Source of the DNA: a virus
Taxonomy: Duplodnaviria; Caudoviricetes
Reading direction: 5' to 3' (one strand)
DNA: 64,000 nt
IMG/VR virus record: IMGVR_UViG_3300043786_001086
Part shown: positions 46,001 to 55,265 of the stretch, in pieces
How the letters are laid out: every line of letters begins with the position of its first letter
Numbering within the stretch: position 1 is the first letter of the stretch
Notes under the pieces: model-generated
Database searches by the model: none
What the model saw: the letters and a program-made list of their open reading frames with translations, nothing else
Told to the model about the DNA's origin: nothing
Translations under genes and position numbers: made by a program

Positions 46001-47102
46001 ATTGAAATGCACTTGATGAACTATATCCATGAACAAGAATATAATAGTTAAGTCCAACAACTGATGTCCATTGATATGATGCTGAAGTTCCAACACATAA
46101 TGGTCCGTTATCATCATTCCCACCTACACAAGTTAATGCGGAACAACTAGTTCCACTAAAAACAGATATTTTACTATCCCAAGCAGTATTACATAAATGA
46201 GCGGTCATTATTTGACCATTACCTGTAACTCTATACCAAACACCTGGCATTGTTTGTGAAATACCACAAATACCATTTTCTCCCGTTCCACTGTTAGTTG
46301 CATTTACTGTTGTTCCTGATATCATCTGACCACAGACAATTGGTGTTGCGTTACAAACTAAATCATTTGCAGGGGCCGCTGGAGCGGAACAAGTAACACA
46401 AGTCACAGTAGATGTTCCACATGAAGATGTCGTTCCACAACTTGAATTTGTATTGTAGTGGACATAAACGGTTCCAGTATAACTTGATGCCCAATTTAAT
46501 GGTGCATTTCCATAAGCAACGATAGGTCCGTTATATGTTCCTGTATGAACCGTAATATAACCTCCAAGACTATAACCAAATTGATATGTTTGACCAGCAA
46601 CAATACCTGAAACCGTGCTGTATTCACTTTGAAAATTACAAGAGCTAATTGTAACAGTAGTTGGTGTAGATGGAGCAACTGCAGACCCATATGAAGAAAC
46701 GTTAGTGCAACCTGGAGTTACAATAAAACAAATAGCATTACATGTATAACCACCCGTCGTTGCTGTTCCCGTAACAGGTTGTATGGTATTTAAAAGAATT
46801 GTTCCTGTGTTGTTTACTATTTGAACCCTCATTTCACTTGGCCAACTTCCCGCTAAAGTTCTCCAAACTCTAATTGTAGCACCAGTTGCTGCCGTAAAAT
46901 TGAAATTGACAGGGCCAAATCCTGAAGTAAATGTTATATTACTCAATACAGTCACTCCGTTTACCGATACAGAAACCGCACCTCCATTCCAACCATCACC
47001 AAATGTATCAGTCAGTCTGATCGTATGTGTGCAAGATTGTGAAAAAACAAAACTTGTAATAAAAACAAAAATCGATAATAATAAATTCTTCATTGCGTAC
47101 AA
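43062..47102 (-). CDS. Large Ser/Thr/Asn-rich secreted-type protein with Ig/PKD-like repeats and T9SS type-A C-terminal domain
   Basis: Signal peptide; LPVELLSF...W.TATE.N..YFEIQKS.DG...YY.L.Q.D.DG; IFPNPSSG...L.PGVY.V. Confidence 0.85.
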   Translation of the reverse strand: MYAMKNLLLSIFVFITSFVFSQSCTHTIRLTDTFGDGWNGGAVSVSVNGVTVLSNITFTSGFGPVNFNFTAATGATIRVWRTLAGSWPSEMRVQIVNNTGTILLNTIQPVTGTATTGGYTCNAICFIVTPGCTNVSSYGSAVAPSTPTTVTISSCNFQSEYSTVSGIVAGQTYQFGYSLGGYITVHTGTYNGPIVAYGNAPLNWASSYTGTVYVHYNTNSSCGTTSSCGTSTVTCVTCSAPAAPANDLVCNATPIVCGQMISGTTVNATNSGTGENGICGISQTMPGVWYRVTGNGQIMTAHLCNTAWDSKISVFSGTSCSALTCVGGNDDNGPLCVGTSASYQWTSVVGLNYYILVHGYSSSSAFQLGLTCSTPPPPNPTSITATSNTICVGQSTTLTANGASGTVYWFTGGCGVGQIATGNSISVTPSTTTTYYARNYNGVQFSNNCVSTTVTVNNNPVVSTSASLSTICQGSSTQLNSSVTGVSSPGSLAVTITGGLLDETSWTLTNNLGVIIGSGGPYFTSPNVTNIASSANGPYVFYIETMGSWNDNVPTFTITCNGSTILSGSIGGGSQNNYWVSSCTTAPVVNYIWSPSTGLSNPNIQNPIANPSTTTTYTVTATSNGCSGTSSRTITVNPLPNVSAGSNQTVCSGTQVTLNGSGASTYSWNNSVTNGVAFTPTSTQTYTVTGTNANGCSNTSSTTVTVLSNPLASAGGSNNGTSTCGINQVTLGANTPQAGETGTWSVVSGVGGSFSNINSPTSTFIGNYGSTYTLQWTVSNGNCSTPNNMLVTFNQPNASSLGGAIGTNDFLWGGLTSVDWSTSTNWYQKQAAGHFIRMSGVSLPTIASQVFTLDQVNGGICIGNTTPTLSVNGDAYDVFINSGITLNLTNDSLKISHDIVNNGTLIANTGTINFVGNQNSSFNGNGTSQLFNMKVNKSQGATLTLGNHVNVTGNLNMIQGNIFTSNNSLLTLGSSSSNIGSLTYNTGTIVGPFKRFFNNLSTNGNEGLFPVGTSNYNRYASFQFTTSPGVNQSLTVQYKNGAPIVNGTPLYNGLPFMASNALIQNYSIDGYWEVIPTSNNYSSSICQTPYNLTLFANNLNGMTTPQICRIIKSPGSVHTSWQPCGSHVAIPANANPMAFLITSNNTQGFSWFNIGSSNSQILPVELLSFDGSCNDNVITLDWKTATEHNSHYFEIQKSRDGENWSSLTTLGSAGNSTQELSYTTKDENAIDGNNYYKLIQYDIDGQFKEYGPINVICNGNTKGYFSIFPNPSSGDFQVILNNKKMIGEGLFIVKDTKGSEVYNQDIKVSTGINLYNISGLNLSPGVYYVSITSNGITSETIKQIIK

Positions 47103-47253
47103 ACTTGTTTAAGTAAATTTAACGCTCACTTGAAGAATCCTATTGGAAACCCCCATCTACCATGGGCCGGTCGAGACTACTAATAAATACGAAGAAATAC
47201 GTAATAAGAATATATTACTTTAACTCTATTGAGCAAAACCAACTTTTGACTTA

Positions 47254-47676
47254 TTATTTTTTCACTTTAACGATTAAAACCGTGTCAACGGGTTCCAGTG
47301 TTACGTAAATAACACCTATTTTTAAAAAATTAAGTTGTTTTGCGGTTCCATAACTAAGATCAATAAGAAATGATGATGATTTTGGAAGTCTATCATTAAC
47401 CTTAACATAACACACAGAGTCATTATTCAAATTAGTCACTTTTAGTATTGTTCCAAACTTAAAGTATTTGTGTGCTGCGGTTAAACTATCGGCGTAAAAT
47501 CTTTCACCTGACGCTGTAAGTCTTCCTGTCCAATGTTGTCCGTAGTATGTTGCTTTTCCTTTGTATTTGGTTGGATCTGAAGGTGTAAATGATAATAAAA
47601 TACCCGATATAAAAAAGATTATTAATTTATTTAAAATTTTTGTATTTGTAAGTTGTTGAAATTTTTCTTTTACCAT
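47254..47676 (-). CDS. rlpA: RlpA-family lytic transglycosylase (DPBB)
   Basis: GKATYYG...TASGE.F...TAAH...FGT.LKVTN.N....V.VNDR.P...IDLS. Confidence 0.9.
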   Translation of the reverse strand: MVKEKFQQLTNTKILNKLIIFFISGILLSFTPSDPTKYKGKATYYGQHWTGRLTASGERFYADSLTAAHKYFKFGTILKVTNLNNDSVCYVKVNDRLPKSSSFLIDLSYGTAKQLNFLKIGVIYVTLEPVDTVLIVKVKK

Positions 47677-48874
47677 ATTTTTTTTCCATTAATTTTTGAT
47701 GTAAGTCCCAATTTTGTATAGATTCATTCATATTTTCGTCATCCTTGGCCATCGCATAAAGTTTTCCAATTTTTTTTAAGTATTTTGTTGCAACAAAGTT
47801 GAAGTTTTCTATCTCATCTTCAAAAAATTTTATAGGATTTTTTTGATATTTTACTGCTTGATTCAAAAATTTTTGTCTAACCTTATTTGTTTCTTCGAGT
47901 CCCTTAACCTTTGATTGCAACATTGAAGGAACATTTCCAAATAATTTTGACATCTCAATTAATTCATCAAAACTTTCACTTGTCATATTTACGAAAATAT
48001 CCATTCTTTTATTTACACTATCCATATACACTAACTCTAATGCTTCTTTAATTTTTTCATCATCAGTCATATTTGAATAATCTGTACCAATATGATCAAG
48101 TAATGCATCTACTCTGAACATTTGTTCGTGCAACTCTTCGATGAATTTATCAAAAGTATAGTTTTTTATTTCGAGTAATTCTTTATAAACTCTTTCATTT
48201 TCAATAAAATCTCTAAATTTTGATTTTGATACGTTTGCCGATCTCATTTGTGATGCAACTTCAACTGGTCTAACTAAGTTTTCGGACATTGAAATGAAAT
48301 AAGCATATCTAAAAAATTTACGGTCGATTGCTGGAATACCAAATGTGCTTGTTTGTTGGATTGCTTGATAGTCTGCACTTTTTCCAACTAATGATAATTC
48401 TTTTGCTTGTTTATCATATTGATGTTTTAATTCGTGAGCTAAAGATGCTGTTTGGTAATTTTGATCTTCAACCATCTTTTCAACCAACTCATGTGGTTCC
48501 CAATTTGGATTTACAACAAAGGTTATGAAAAGATCTAAATCTTCTTTTATTTGATTTCTTTGAAGTAAAACATTTCTATCAAACATAAACCCTGATTGGA
48601 CTCCCATAGAAGAAATGTCAGGTTTTTCTTTATAATCGTCTATCTCTTCAACTGTAATTGTTAAATTATAGTGTTTAATTTTGATTTTCTTTTTTTTCCC
48701 AATTTCAACATTTAAAGAGCCAGAAAAATTATACTCGTCTTCTTTATCTTGTATTGTTTTCAAATTTTCTAAAATTACCTGATAAAGTTTTTCTGAGGCA
48801 TCCAAGATTTCATCAGGAACTCCTAACGCTTCGGTTAAAATTTGTAATTGTTGTTCTGTTAAAATTATTTTCAA
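47627..48874 (-). CDS. Hypothetical protein with MKIILTE leader (TTG start); HELKH possible metallopeptidase motif
   Basis: SLAHELKH...E. Confidence 0.75.
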   Translation of the reverse strand: MKIILTEQQLQILTEALGVPDEILDASEKLYQVILENLKTIQDKEDEYNFSGSLNVEIGKKKKIKIKHYNLTITVEEIDDYKEKPDISSMGVQSGFMFDRNVLLQRNQIKEDLDLFITFVVNPNWEPHELVEKMVEDQNYQTASLAHELKHQYDKQAKELSLVGKSADYQAIQQTSTFGIPAIDRKFFRYAYFISMSENLVRPVEVASQMRSANVSKSKFRDFIENERVYKELLEIKNYTFDKFIEELHEQMFRVDALLDHIGTDYSNMTDDEKIKEALELVYMDSVNKRMDIFVNMTSESFDELIEMSKLFGNVPSMLQSKVKGLEETNKVRQKFLNQAVKYQKNPIKFFEDEIENFNFVATKYLKKIGKLYAMAKDDENMNESIQNWDLHQKLMEKKYGKRKISTTYKYKNFK

Positions 48875-48878
48875 AATA

Positions 48879-49706
48879 TTAGTCTAAATAATCTGAGGCT
48901 TTAGATGTTGTTTTAGGTTTACTATATGTTTTTTGTGATGTTGATTTACCTCCGGTTGGTTTATTACCCACAACAATTTTATTATTTGTATCACAATAAT
49001 AATTCACCATTGTTCCATCACTTTTTTTCATTCTTCCATTGTTATAGTATTTTTCAGTTCCAATTGTATATACTGTGCTTCCATTAGACATTTGAGCCGA
49101 TTTAGCACCTGAGTTACTCGGGACACATGGAAAATTATACCATAATTTATCACTTGTTGCTTTATTTGCAGATTTTGCTACCAATTCAGTCCCTTGACTG
49201 ATAGCCCCTTTACTTAAACTTTCGGTTTTTCTTTTTGCTTTAAGTAAAGGAAGATATACGTATTCGTTCCACTCATCATCATCGTCAATTTGTGTATTTA
49301 TATCATCGAATAAATCATCACCTGGATAATTTTCCGAATACCTTTGAACAACGGCACATAAATCAGGAATTGTTTGAATTTGACTCAAAGCACTTTTTAA
49401 TAAATCTTCATCTGTGTTATAACCATAAGCCCCTTGCATGTCTCTAAGGTCAGAGGTTATACTATCTAAAGTAGTATCATTCATAGTTGATTTACCCATA
49501 CCTGATTTACTACAAGAATCAAAAATTTTTTTTACACCATCCATAGATCCACTACTGCCCTGAAGCAGTTGTAAAGCAACACCACCTACACCTCCCAGAA
49601 CAAGAGCAGTAGTGAGCTTTCCTGTGTCATATGACTCTACCATATTATTTATTAATCTTTTTTTAAGTCTTTCGTATTGACCTTCGGTTAACTGTATTTT
49701 TCCCAT
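48879..49706 (-). CDS. Hypothetical protein with KIQLTE leader
   Basis: 275 aa. Confidence 0.75.
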   Translation of the reverse strand: MGKIQLTEGQYERLKKRLINNMVESYDTGKLTTALVLGGVGGVALQLLQGSSGSMDGVKKIFDSCSKSGMGKSTMNDTTLDSITSDLRDMQGAYGYNTDEDLLKSALSQIQTIPDLCAVVQRYSENYPGDDLFDDINTQIDDDDEWNEYVYLPLLKAKRKTESLSKGAISQGTELVAKSANKATSDKLWYNFPCVPSNSGAKSAQMSNGSTVYTIGTEKYYNNGRMKKSDGTMVNYYCDTNNKIVVGNKPTGGKSTSQKTYSKPKTTSKASDYLD

Positions 49707-49717
49707 GATTTTATTTT

Positions 49718-50221
49718 TTAACTTGTTAATGTTGCAATATCATTTGCGGTTAATGGTTCACCTAATTTTGGCCCTGCAACTGTAGTTCCTTGACCCGAGG
49801 CTTGTGCCGAAGCGGTCTGAGATTTTCCAAAATGAGGTTTACATGCTTTAGCCGCGGCTTCGGTTCCTGGTCCAAATGTTGAATCCTCTTTCAATTTATA
49901 GTTTGGATATGATCCCGTTCTTGCTTTAGGATAGTTTTCTAAAACAGTCTGAAGGACCAAATTAGGACAAGTATCATTGATTCTTGCTTGTAATGCCAAA
50001 TCCATTTTGCCCTCCTTTTTTAGTTTTTCCCACCTTTGTTCCGCTTGTGATGGAGCGGAAGCTACCGTTACACCACCCTTTGATGCGTCTGTTGGTGTTG
50101 TTGTGGTATTTATTGACGCCGGATTTGTTGTTTCTTCTTCATTTAACCAACCGAATTTTGATTTGTGTTGATATAAGATCGATCTTTTTTCGTCTTCCGA
50201 AATAATAAACTTGTTTCTCAT
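49718..50221 (-). CDS. Hypothetical protein with FIISEDEK leader; possible PG-binding motif
   Basis: LKEDSTFGPGT. Confidence 0.7.
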   Translation of the reverse strand: MRNKFIISEDEKRSILYQHKSKFGWLNEEETTNPASINTTTTPTDASKGGVTVASAPSQAEQRWEKLKKEGKMDLALQARINDTCPNLVLQTVLENYPKARTGSYPNYKLKEDSTFGPGTEAAAKACKPHFGKSQTASAQASGQGTTVAGPKLGEPLTANDIATLTS

Positions 50222-50340
50222 TTTATTTTTTTAAATAAATATATCAAAACAAAAAAAAAGGTGAATTTCATCACCTTTTATTTTAGGTCGACATTGAATG
50301 TCGATTCTCCACCACCTTATTTTTTATTAGAACAAGGAAA

Positions 50341-50775
50341 CTATTGTTTTACCATCCAAATTTTCACACTATTTTGATTTGTAAAATAATTTTTAAATTG
50401 GCAATTTTCAATTAAACCTTGAGTTAAATTATATTCATACACAGTTCCACTTATATGTCCCCATGGTGTGTTATTTAAAGTCAAAGTAAATCCTACATTA
50501 CTTGGATATAAACTATAGGTTGACTGAAATCCGTTAAAACTATAAGTATTATTTGTTAGAAAAACAAGTGTGTCAGATCGAACTTCTTGATTGAAACTAG
50601 TATTCAATACTTTAAAAATAACCCACGTTGAGTTTTTCAATGTCACGGTGCTATCAACAAAAGTTGTATCTGTGATTATTGGTTGTGGCCCCAAAGGTTG
50701 TTGTGGTTTGATATCTTCTTTGACACAAGAAGTTATCAATAAAAAAAGGACAATAAGTAATGAGAAATATTTCAT
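50341..50775 (-). CDS. Lipoprotein
   Basis: MKYFSLLIVLFLLITS-C-VKEDI lipobox. Confidence 0.8.
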   Translation of the reverse strand: MKYFSLLIVLFLLITSCVKEDIKPQQPLGPQPIITDTTFVDSTVTLKNSTWVIFKVLNTSFNQEVRSDTLVFLTNNTYSFNGFQSTYSLYPSNVGFTLTLNNTPWGHISGTVYEYNLTQGLIENCQFKNYFTNQNSVKIWMVKQ

Positions 50776-50776
50776 A

Positions 50777-51052
50777 TTATACTAAGGTTTCAATTTTGTT
50801 TCTAACTTGTTCAACTAAGGACACTTCTTTTACATTTGTGATTACCAATGACTCTTTTAAGATCTTATGTGGTATATGAACCAAAAATGTGTTTCCATCA
50901 AAATACGACAAATCTTCTTTCAGATTCAAAGCACCATCAACCATCTTTAAAAAAATCTTAAACTGAATTGGATCCATAAAGGACTCAGTAAGTATATTTC
51001 CGAATTTTTCGGACATGATTGTTATTGTGTGTTGAAATGTTGGTTTGATCAT
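50777..51052 (-). CDS. Hypothetical protein
   Basis: TAnnTTTG at 51071-51078. Confidence 0.75.
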   Translation of the reverse strand: MIKPTFQHTITIMSEKFGNILTESFMDPIQFKIFLKMVDGALNLKEDLSYFDGNTFLVHIPHKILKESLVITNVKEVSLVEQVRNKIETLV

Positions 51053-51102
51053 ATTGATTTGTTATTTCTACAAATATAATAGAAATACTTTTATAAAACA
51101 AA

Positions 51103-51519
51103 TTACTTAAGAATTTTTCTTATCAAAGTCATCAATTCTTCATTTTCTTCTTCTTTTGGTAAATCGTCTTTTTTGAAGTATTGACATTCGGTGTGTTCAA
51201 ATCCGTCTTGAGCTTTAGTTAAATCAGGAATACGTTTCTTTTCAGTTTTTTTGTAAAAAACAAACATATGTCCTTTTTTTGTCCCATCTTGTTTGAACTT
51301 ATCAATAAAACCGACAAAATCTAATTCATTATCTAATTCAATATTTGTTTCTTCATAGAATTCTCTAATTGCCGCTTGACCAGGATTTTCTCCACTTTCA
51401 ATTTTACCTGAAGGTATTGACCAAACGTTAGGCATTGATTTATCAGGTGATCTTTTACAAAGAAGTATTTCATCTTCGTTTTGTAAAATTATGCCAGAAT
51501 ATTTTTTAAACTTTTTCAT
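51103..51519 (-). CDS. NUDIX hydrolase
   Basis: PSGKIESGENPGQAAIREFYEETNI Nudix box. Confidence 0.9.
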   Translation of the reverse strand: MKKFKKYSGIILQNEDEILLCKRSPDKSMPNVWSIPSGKIESGENPGQAAIREFYEETNIELDNELDFVGFIDKFKQDGTKKGHMFVFYKKTEKKRIPDLTKAQDGFEHTECQYFKKDDLPKEEENEELMTLIRKILK

Positions 51520-51521
51520 TT

Positions 51522-51535
51522 ATATTTATAAATAT
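51522..51535. promoter_or_regulatory. Palindromic bidirectional late-type promoter ATATTTATAAATAT
   Basis: Perfect palindrome filling the gap between divergent genes; TATTTAT on both strands. Confidence 0.6.
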
Positions 51536-51878
51536 GGAAATAAAAATAAAAGACAACCTTTTTAATGTCATTCCCCTTATAACATCAAAAGATATACAAA
51601 AAGGAATGATGAATAAAAAATTCGATTCAAGTTTTGATGGTATGTTATTTTTTATGGAAAAGGGTCCTCAAGGTTTTTGGATGAAAAATTGTATCGTTCC
51701 ATTAGACATTATTTTTATTGATGGTGAAAAAATAAATAATATCCAACATTATTGTCCTCCATGTAAAACCAAAGATTGTAAAACATACGATGGGTATGGT
51801 GATCTTGTTTTGGAGTTACCTGGAGGAACTTGTAAAAAATACAATATCAACGATGGAGATCAAGTAGAAATATTTTAA
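51534..51878 (+). CDS. DUF192-family protein
   Basis: GMM...GMLF...FWMKN..VPLDIIFI...VLEL.GG. Confidence 0.88.
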   Translation: MEIKIKDNLFNVIPLITSKDIQKGMMNKKFDSSFDGMLFFMEKGPQGFWMKNCIVPLDIIFIDGEKINNIQHYCPPCKTKDCKTYDGYGDLVLELPGGTCKKYNINDGDQVEIF

Positions 51879-52726
51879 AATATTTGAACCGTTATTTTTG
51901 TTTTTTCCTCAATAAATGGTTTAACTCTTGATTTTGCAATTTCAACATAATTTGGTGAAAGTTCAATTCCTAACCATTTACGATCTAATATTTCCGCCGC
52001 CACCAATGTAGTCCCTGAACCAGCAAATGGATCCAAAATTACATCGTTCTTGTATGACAAGATCTTGATCGCCTTGGTTGGGATGTCCATCGAGAAGGTC
52101 GCTTTAGTGAGAGATTTAGTGTCAGCAAAATAATTCCACTGACCAAAGACAAGTTCCATAAACTCTTTTTTATCATTCTCACTATAAACCATTTTGTTTC
52201 TTTTACTCCCATCCTCATTTTCAATTTCCGTTAATTCACCAGTCCACTCAGGTTGTCCTTTTACTTTTTTGATATGTTTGTTTTTGTAGGCCAATATTAC
52301 ACATTCTTTCGGGTTATAAATGTACGGGGACGATGGACTCATCCATGATCCCCAAGCTGTGGTCTTACTTCTATGTGGTGATTGTTCCTCTAAATCGACA
52401 ATACCAAAAAAACCATAACCGATCTCTTTCATAATTTGCCACATCTCTGAAACAAAGAAAATACGACCACCTTTTTTTTGTCTGTTTATTTCATAAGGAA
52501 TGTTAAGGGCAATTCTTCCATCATCCTTTAATAACCTATAAGCTTCACTCAACCATGATTTTGCAAACTCAACGTAGTCGTTGAACTCCATATCGTCCTC
52601 GTGAACATCGTAATCAATACCTACGCCATAGGGAGGTGATGTTACAATTAGATCGACAGATCCCTCAGGTAGTGTTTTCATCACCTCAACACAATCACCA
52701 TTTATTATTTTTCTTGTTTCAATCAT
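51875..52726 (-). CDS. DNA methyltransferase (beta class, probably N4-cytosine)
   Basis: DLIVTSPPY; LDPFAGSGTT. Confidence 0.9.
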   Translation of the reverse strand: MIETRKIINGDCVEVMKTLPEGSVDLIVTSPPYGVGIDYDVHEDDMEFNDYVEFAKSWLSEAYRLLKDDGRIALNIPYEINRQKKGGRIFFVSEMWQIMKEIGYGFFGIVDLEEQSPHRSKTTAWGSWMSPSSPYIYNPKECVILAYKNKHIKKVKGQPEWTGELTEIENEDGSKRNKMVYSENDKKEFMELVFGQWNYFADTKSLTKATFSMDIPTKAIKILSYKNDVILDPFAGSGTTLVAAEILDRKWLGIELSPNYVEIAKSRVKPFIEEKTKITVQIF

Positions 52727-52824
52727 TTTTTAAAATATTATTTTTATTAATTTACATAGTAATTTCCAAGTAAAACTTAACCAAAAAATGGTTAGTGTAA
52801 TTGCTAACATTCTATAGAAATACT

Positions 52825-53220
52825 TCATACCATATTTACTAAAAGTTGAGCCACTTTATATCCTGTAAAAGCCCCTGCGGCCGCCGAACCAGGTAACACA
52901 ATAAACTTTCCAAGTATCGTATCATATTTCTTTCTATTCACAATATACGAAATTAGTATGTAATAGACAATATAGTTGAGTAATACTAATAAGTCCAGTT
53001 CTTTTGAAACAAAAACTACAATTGAATTCCCTAAAAATCCCCACGAAAAATTTATAAGAGTTTCCCTTAACAATTCGTTTGGTGTTGTGATTGCATCCAA
53101 CACATTTATTTCTTTATTTATTCCGGTTTTTTTCTTCAAGTGTTTTGATGTGGTGTTCGAGATACCATAAGGCCTTTCTGAGGTCCTCGAGTTCTTTATC
53201 TTTTCCTTTTTTTCCTGCAC
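52825..53220 (-). CDS. Membrane protein (true start probably ~53137)
   Basis: Three hydrophobic segments; N-terminal extension overlaps next gene. Confidence 0.6.
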   Translation of the reverse strand: MQEKKEKIKNSRTSERPYGISNTTSKHLKKKTGINKEINVLDAITTPNELLRETLINFSWGFLGNSIVVFVSKELDLLVLLNYIVYYILISYIVNRKKYDTILGKFIVLPGSAAAGAFTGYKVAQLLVNMV

Positions 53221-53344
53221 GACTAATATATTTTACTGTGTTTCCTAAACTAAATCCTAGATCCCAAGCATCAATCACTTTGATGGCCTCATATTCATTA
53301 TTTTTTCCTCCATAATGATTCGGGTGATTTACATGTTCCATCAT
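53114..53344 (-). CDS. DUF3310-family protein
   Basis: VNHP.HY...E.I.VI...F.LGN.VKYI.RAGKK...EDL.KA.WYL. Confidence 0.88.
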   Translation of the reverse strand: MMEHVNHPNHYGGKNNEYEAIKVIDAWDLGFSLGNTVKYISRAGKKGKDKELEDLRKALWYLEHHIKTLEEKNRNK

Positions 53345-54459
53345 TCTTCTCTATATTCTTTTAATAACTCATCATTAGATTTTGTCCCGTATTTTCCTTC
53401 CAATGTTTTTGCGTCAATATACGAATTCATCATATTTTTCATTTCATAAATTTGATGAGTGGTGTCTAACGATCTAACAATCTCACGAATGATTTTGTAT
53501 GGATCGGCATTTGAACCTGGTCTTCTGTCTTCAACATAACCCTTCCAATTTTCGGCCGTGTCTTTTGGAACCCTAATTGATGCTCCTCGATCAGACACAC
53601 CCCAACTAAACTTATCAATCGCCTGAGTTTCATATTCACCAGTAAGTCTTAAATGATTTTGTGATCCGTATGCTTTGATGTGATCTTCATGTCTTGATTC
53701 AAATGCATTGAATAGTGCCATAAAATATTCTTCATTCCCTTCATGTCTCATCATGTCAGTCGAAAAGTTTGTATGAAGACCTGATCCATTCCATTCACCG
53801 TGTGTTAATGGTTTTGGGTGTAGTTCAATGTGGTATCCATATTTTTCTGAAGTTTTAAACAAGAAATAACGAGTCATCCAAAGATCATCACCACCTTTAT
53901 GTTTTCCTTGTGAGAACACTTGATATTCCCATTGACCTAAAGCAACCTCAGCGTTTGTTCCTGTAATATCAATTCCATAATTTAAACACATGTTCAAATG
54001 TTCGTCAACAAATGGACGACCCACCACATTATGTCCAACTCCACAGTAATATTCGCCCTGTCCTTTAAGAATATTTCTCTTGTGTCCTAAAATGTTTCCA
54101 TTGATTTCTTCACGAATGAAATACTCTTGTTCAAACCCAAACCAAAGGTCTTCATAACCTTCACCAATTTTTGATCTTTTATTCGATTCATGGGGTGTCC
54201 CATCTGGGTTTAATACCTCACATAAAACATAAACGGTAGATTGCATGTCTTGAACATAGTGTCTTACAGGTTTTAATAAAAGATCTGATTTTTCAGTGTT
54301 TGCCTGTCCTGTTGATGATCCATCAAAGTTCCATATTGGAAATTTTCCATCTAAAAAGGCATTTTTAACTTTTTCGTATTCAACAATTTTAACTTTACTT
54401 CTTAAGTTTGGTTCTGGTTTATATCCGTCTAACCAAACATACTCCAATTTAATTTTCAT
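53341..54459 (-). CDS. glnII: Glutamine synthetase type II
   Basis: EYVWLDG, WNFDGSST, WFGFEQEY, NAEV..GQWEYQ, WNGSG.HTNFST, RLTG..ET, RGASIR, EDRRP.SNADPY. Confidence 0.92.
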   Translation of the reverse strand: MKIKLEYVWLDGYKPEPNLRSKVKIVEYEKVKNAFLDGKFPIWNFDGSSTGQANTEKSDLLLKPVRHYVQDMQSTVYVLCEVLNPDGTPHESNKRSKIGEGYEDLWFGFEQEYFIREEINGNILGHKRNILKGQGEYYCGVGHNVVGRPFVDEHLNMCLNYGIDITGTNAEVALGQWEYQVFSQGKHKGGDDLWMTRYFLFKTSEKYGYHIELHPKPLTHGEWNGSGLHTNFSTDMMRHEGNEEYFMALFNAFESRHEDHIKAYGSQNHLRLTGEYETQAIDKFSWGVSDRGASIRVPKDTAENWKGYVEDRRPGSNADPYKIIREIVRSLDTTHQIYEMKNMMNSYIDAKTLEGKYGTKSNDELLKEYREE

Positions 54460-54460
54460 T

Positions 54461-55225
54461 TTATTTTTCTTTTGTTATTTGTTCATATTTTTTTGTTTGA
54501 GAAATGATTCCGGCAATTCTTCTTTTAAACATCGGAAGTAAAGTTTCGTTGATTGGAAAAATATCTTTTGATGTCATTAAAAATATTGGTCCGGTTTTTT
54601 TATCAATACTCTCAAACGTAGAAAATGTATTTATAATTTTTGGTATTGTCAATTCGTTAATTTGATCTTGATAAATCAACTTAACTTTTGTCATTTGTTG
54701 GGGATTATATCTTGTTTCTTGTTTAATGGTGTATTCCCAAACATAGTGTTTTTTTTCATGGTCTATGAAATAAAAAAAACCTTTCGGGTGTAAGATATTT
54801 TTTTTATTTCTTTTTATTTTCATATCTAAAGAATCAAAAACTATTGTCCAAACTGATTTAGCTATGTTAAAATATTCCATTATTCTTGGAGCAGAATACA
54901 TAAGGATTTTTTTAAACTCTTGTGATTCTTGTTCGGACATTTTTGGGATTTCTTTGAACTTAAGATCTTTAACCATTATCTCATCGTCAATATTGGTGAG
55001 TTTTTTGTCGGTGTAAATTATTTTATGATCTCTCATAAGTGCTTGGACATTCATCAAGTGTAATGAAAGTTCAATAAAACCTGGATATAACTCTAATTTG
55101 TCGAGTTTATCTCCCATTTTTTGAAAGTAGGAAAGTAGTTTGTATTCTTTGTATTCTCGATCAATTGGTTTTTCAAACATCCAATCGGTCTCCATTAAAA
55201 ACTCTATTTTTTTTCTTCTTGTCAT
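54461..55225 (-). CDS. Hypothetical protein
   Basis: 254 aa. Confidence 0.75.
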   Translation of the reverse strand: MTRRKKIEFLMETDWMFEKPIDREYKEYKLLSYFQKMGDKLDKLELYPGFIELSLHLMNVQALMRDHKIIYTDKKLTNIDDEIMVKDLKFKEIPKMSEQESQEFKKILMYSAPRIMEYFNIAKSVWTIVFDSLDMKIKRNKKNILHPKGFFYFIDHEKKHYVWEYTIKQETRYNPQQMTKVKLIYQDQINELTIPKIINTFSTFESIDKKTGPIFLMTSKDIFPINETLLPMFKRRIAGIISQTKKYEQITKEK

Positions 55226-55265
55226 CGAATAAAAACATAAAAGAAAAATATAAATAAATAAAGTC

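Noticed and set aside
50289-50305. TCGACATTGAATGTCGA palindrome as an operator
   Set aside because: Single occurrence beside a terminator; no cognate regulator or second copy seen
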